Shown piece by piece: positions 41,518 through 42,765 of a stretch of DNA of 42,765 nucleotides (position 1 is its first letter; each line of letters starts with the position of its first letter). The position numbers and the translations under genes were made by a program. The notes under the pieces are model-generated. The model did no database searches and had not been told where the DNA came from. It was given only the letters and a program-made list of their open reading frames with translations. The stretch is from the NCBI GenBank assembly GCA_033853815.1, contig JAWOLE010000257.1:1-42765 (forward strand), read 5' to 3'. The DNA is from Thermoanaerobaculia bacterium. Lineage in GTDB: Bacteria; Acidobacteriota; Thermoanaerobaculia; UBA5066; Gp7-AA6.

Positions 41518-42765
41518 TCAGGCGCGGGGAACGGGAGCGCTGCCTTTGCCCGCCGAGCGTTGCAGCATCACGCGCGTCAGGAGCTTGGAGACTCCCTGCA
41601 TGTCGAAGATCGCCTCTTTCAGCGCGTCGCGCGAGTCCGCCGCCGCGATCTCCCGGGAGCGCTTCAGGGTTTCCTCGATGCGCTCCCGCTCGTCCGGCGC
41701 GAACGCGGTCAGAAACTCCGCGAACACCCGCTCGTTGGAGGCCAGCATCCCTTCCAGGCGGTTGCGGATCTGCGACATCTCGCGGCGCTGGCGATCGGCC
41801 TCGGCGAAGGACGAAGCCTCCTTGATGATCCGGTCGATCTCCGCTTGCGACAGGCCGCCCGCAGGATTGATCTGGATGCCCTGCGCCTTCCCGGTCGCCA
41901 GGTCGCGCGCTGAAACGTTGACGATGCCGTTGGAGTCGATCGCGAAGGTGACCTCGATCTGGGGCACGCCCCGCGGCGCGGCGGGAATGCCGACGAGCTC
42001 GAACCGGCCGAGAGACTTGTTTTCGCTGGCCACCTCGCGCTCCCCCTGCACGACGTGGATTTCGACGACGGACTGGTTGTCGGCCACGGTCGTGAAGACC
42101 TTCGTGTTCTTGGTCGGAATGGTGGAGTTGCGCTCGATCAGTTTCTCGAAGACGCCGCCGTGGGTCTCGATGCCGAGCGAAAGCGGGGTGACGTCCAGGA
42201 GGACGACGTCCTTGATCTCTCCCCTCAGCACGCCGCCCTGGATCGCCGCCCCGATCGCCACGACCTCGTCGGGGTTGATGTCCCGGTTCGGTTCCCGCCC
42301 GAAGAGCTCGGCGACAATCTGCTGCACGCGCGGAGTCCGCGTCTGGCCGCCCACCACGATGACCTGGTCCACGTCGGACGGCTTCAGCTTCGCGGCCTTC
42401 AGGGCGTCCAGGCACGGGCCCGCCGTCCGGTCGATCAGGTCGGCGACGAGGGATTCGAAGCGCGCGCGCGTCAGCGTCCGGTTGATGTGCTTGGGCCCGG
42501 AGGAATCGGCGGAGATGAACGGAAGCGTGATCGTGGCTTCCGTCGCGCTCGAGAGCTCGCACTTGGCCTTCTCGGCCGCCTCCTTCAACCTCTGCAGGGC
42601 CATCCGGTCCTGCCGCAGGTCGATCCCGGTCGAGCGCTCGAAGTCGGCGAGCAACCAGTCCATGATCTTCTTGTCGAAGTCCTCGCCCCCGAGGTAGGTG
42701 TCGCCGGCCGTGGCCTTGACCTCGTAGATCCCGTCGCCCAGCTCCAGGATCGAGATGTCGAAGGT
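41518..42765 (-). CDS. dnaK: molecular chaperone DnaK, C-terminal ~415 codons (gene continues past right edge)
   Basis: The frame is open to the window edge: [42 protein letters not shown]..., substrate-binding domain [15 protein letters not shown], lid helices. Confidence 0.95.
   Translation of the reverse strand, partial: TFDISILELGDGIYEVKATAGDTYLGGEDFDKKIMDWLLADFERSTGIDLRQDRMALQRLKEAAEKAKCELSSATEATITLPFISADSSGPKHINRTLTRARFESLVADLIDRTAGPCLDALKAAKLKPSDVDQVIVVGGQTRTPRVQQIVAELFGREPNRDINPDEVVAIGAAIQGGVLRGEIKDVVLLDVTPLSLGIETHGGVFEKLIERNSTIPTKNTKVFTTVADNQSVVEIHVVQGEREVASENKSLGRFELVGIPAAPRGVPQIEVTFAIDSNGIVNVSARDLATGKAQGIQINPAGGLSQAEIDRIIKEASSFAEADRQRREMSQIRNRLEGMLASNERVFAEFLTAFAPDERERIEETLKRSREIAAADSRDALKEAIFDMQGVSKLLTRVMLQRSAGKGSAPVPRA

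Overview
High-GC (roughly 68-70 %) chromosomal segment from a diderm bacterium, as shown by TolC, OmpA/Pal-like and TolB-like proteins and several lipoproteins. The lineage cannot be fixed from sequence alone. I support about 38 protein genes and find no rRNA, tRNA, CRISPR array, transposase or phage genes. The backbone is housekeeping. One block on the minus strand is ffh-rpsP-KH-rimM-trmD-rplS-rnhB. A second minus-strand block is dnaK(partial)-dnaJ-prmA-rsmE-ilvE-pilT-recX-alaS. Other housekeeping genes are queG, a CNNM/CBS protein, an isocitrate dehydrogenase family gene, trmB, pgsA and a phosphohexomutase. Accessory-looking modules are listed here. (1) A LuxR-type regulator with a degenerate receiver lies next to a secreted S45 acylase. 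(2) A tightly coupled tolC-yip1-ABC ATPase operon has no permease or adaptor gene. (3) An OppD/OppF-like ATPase pair is orphan. (4) An envelope trio combines a DUF4398 lipoprotein, a coiled-coil OmpA protein and a TolB-like propeller. (5) A methyltransferase-glycosyltransferase operon is translationally coupled. (6) A lytic transglycosylase sits with a TPR-AIM24 protein. The most unusual signal is non-coding. Ten spacers that follow a stop codon are filled by tandem 7- or 8-nt micro-repeats. In eight of them a second array of the reverse-complement unit follows, giving a long hairpin built from micro-repeats. The unit sequence differs between loci, every array abuts the upstream stop codon, and several arrays donate stop or start codons to flanking genes. 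A second family of REP-like GC hairpins (TCGGCCGC..GCGGCCGA) and several single long hairpins occupy most of the remaining 3' spacers. Two conserved genes (TolB-like, recX) have homology extending upstream of any ATG/GTG/TTG. Many long ORFs in the six-frame track are antisense high-GC artefacts.
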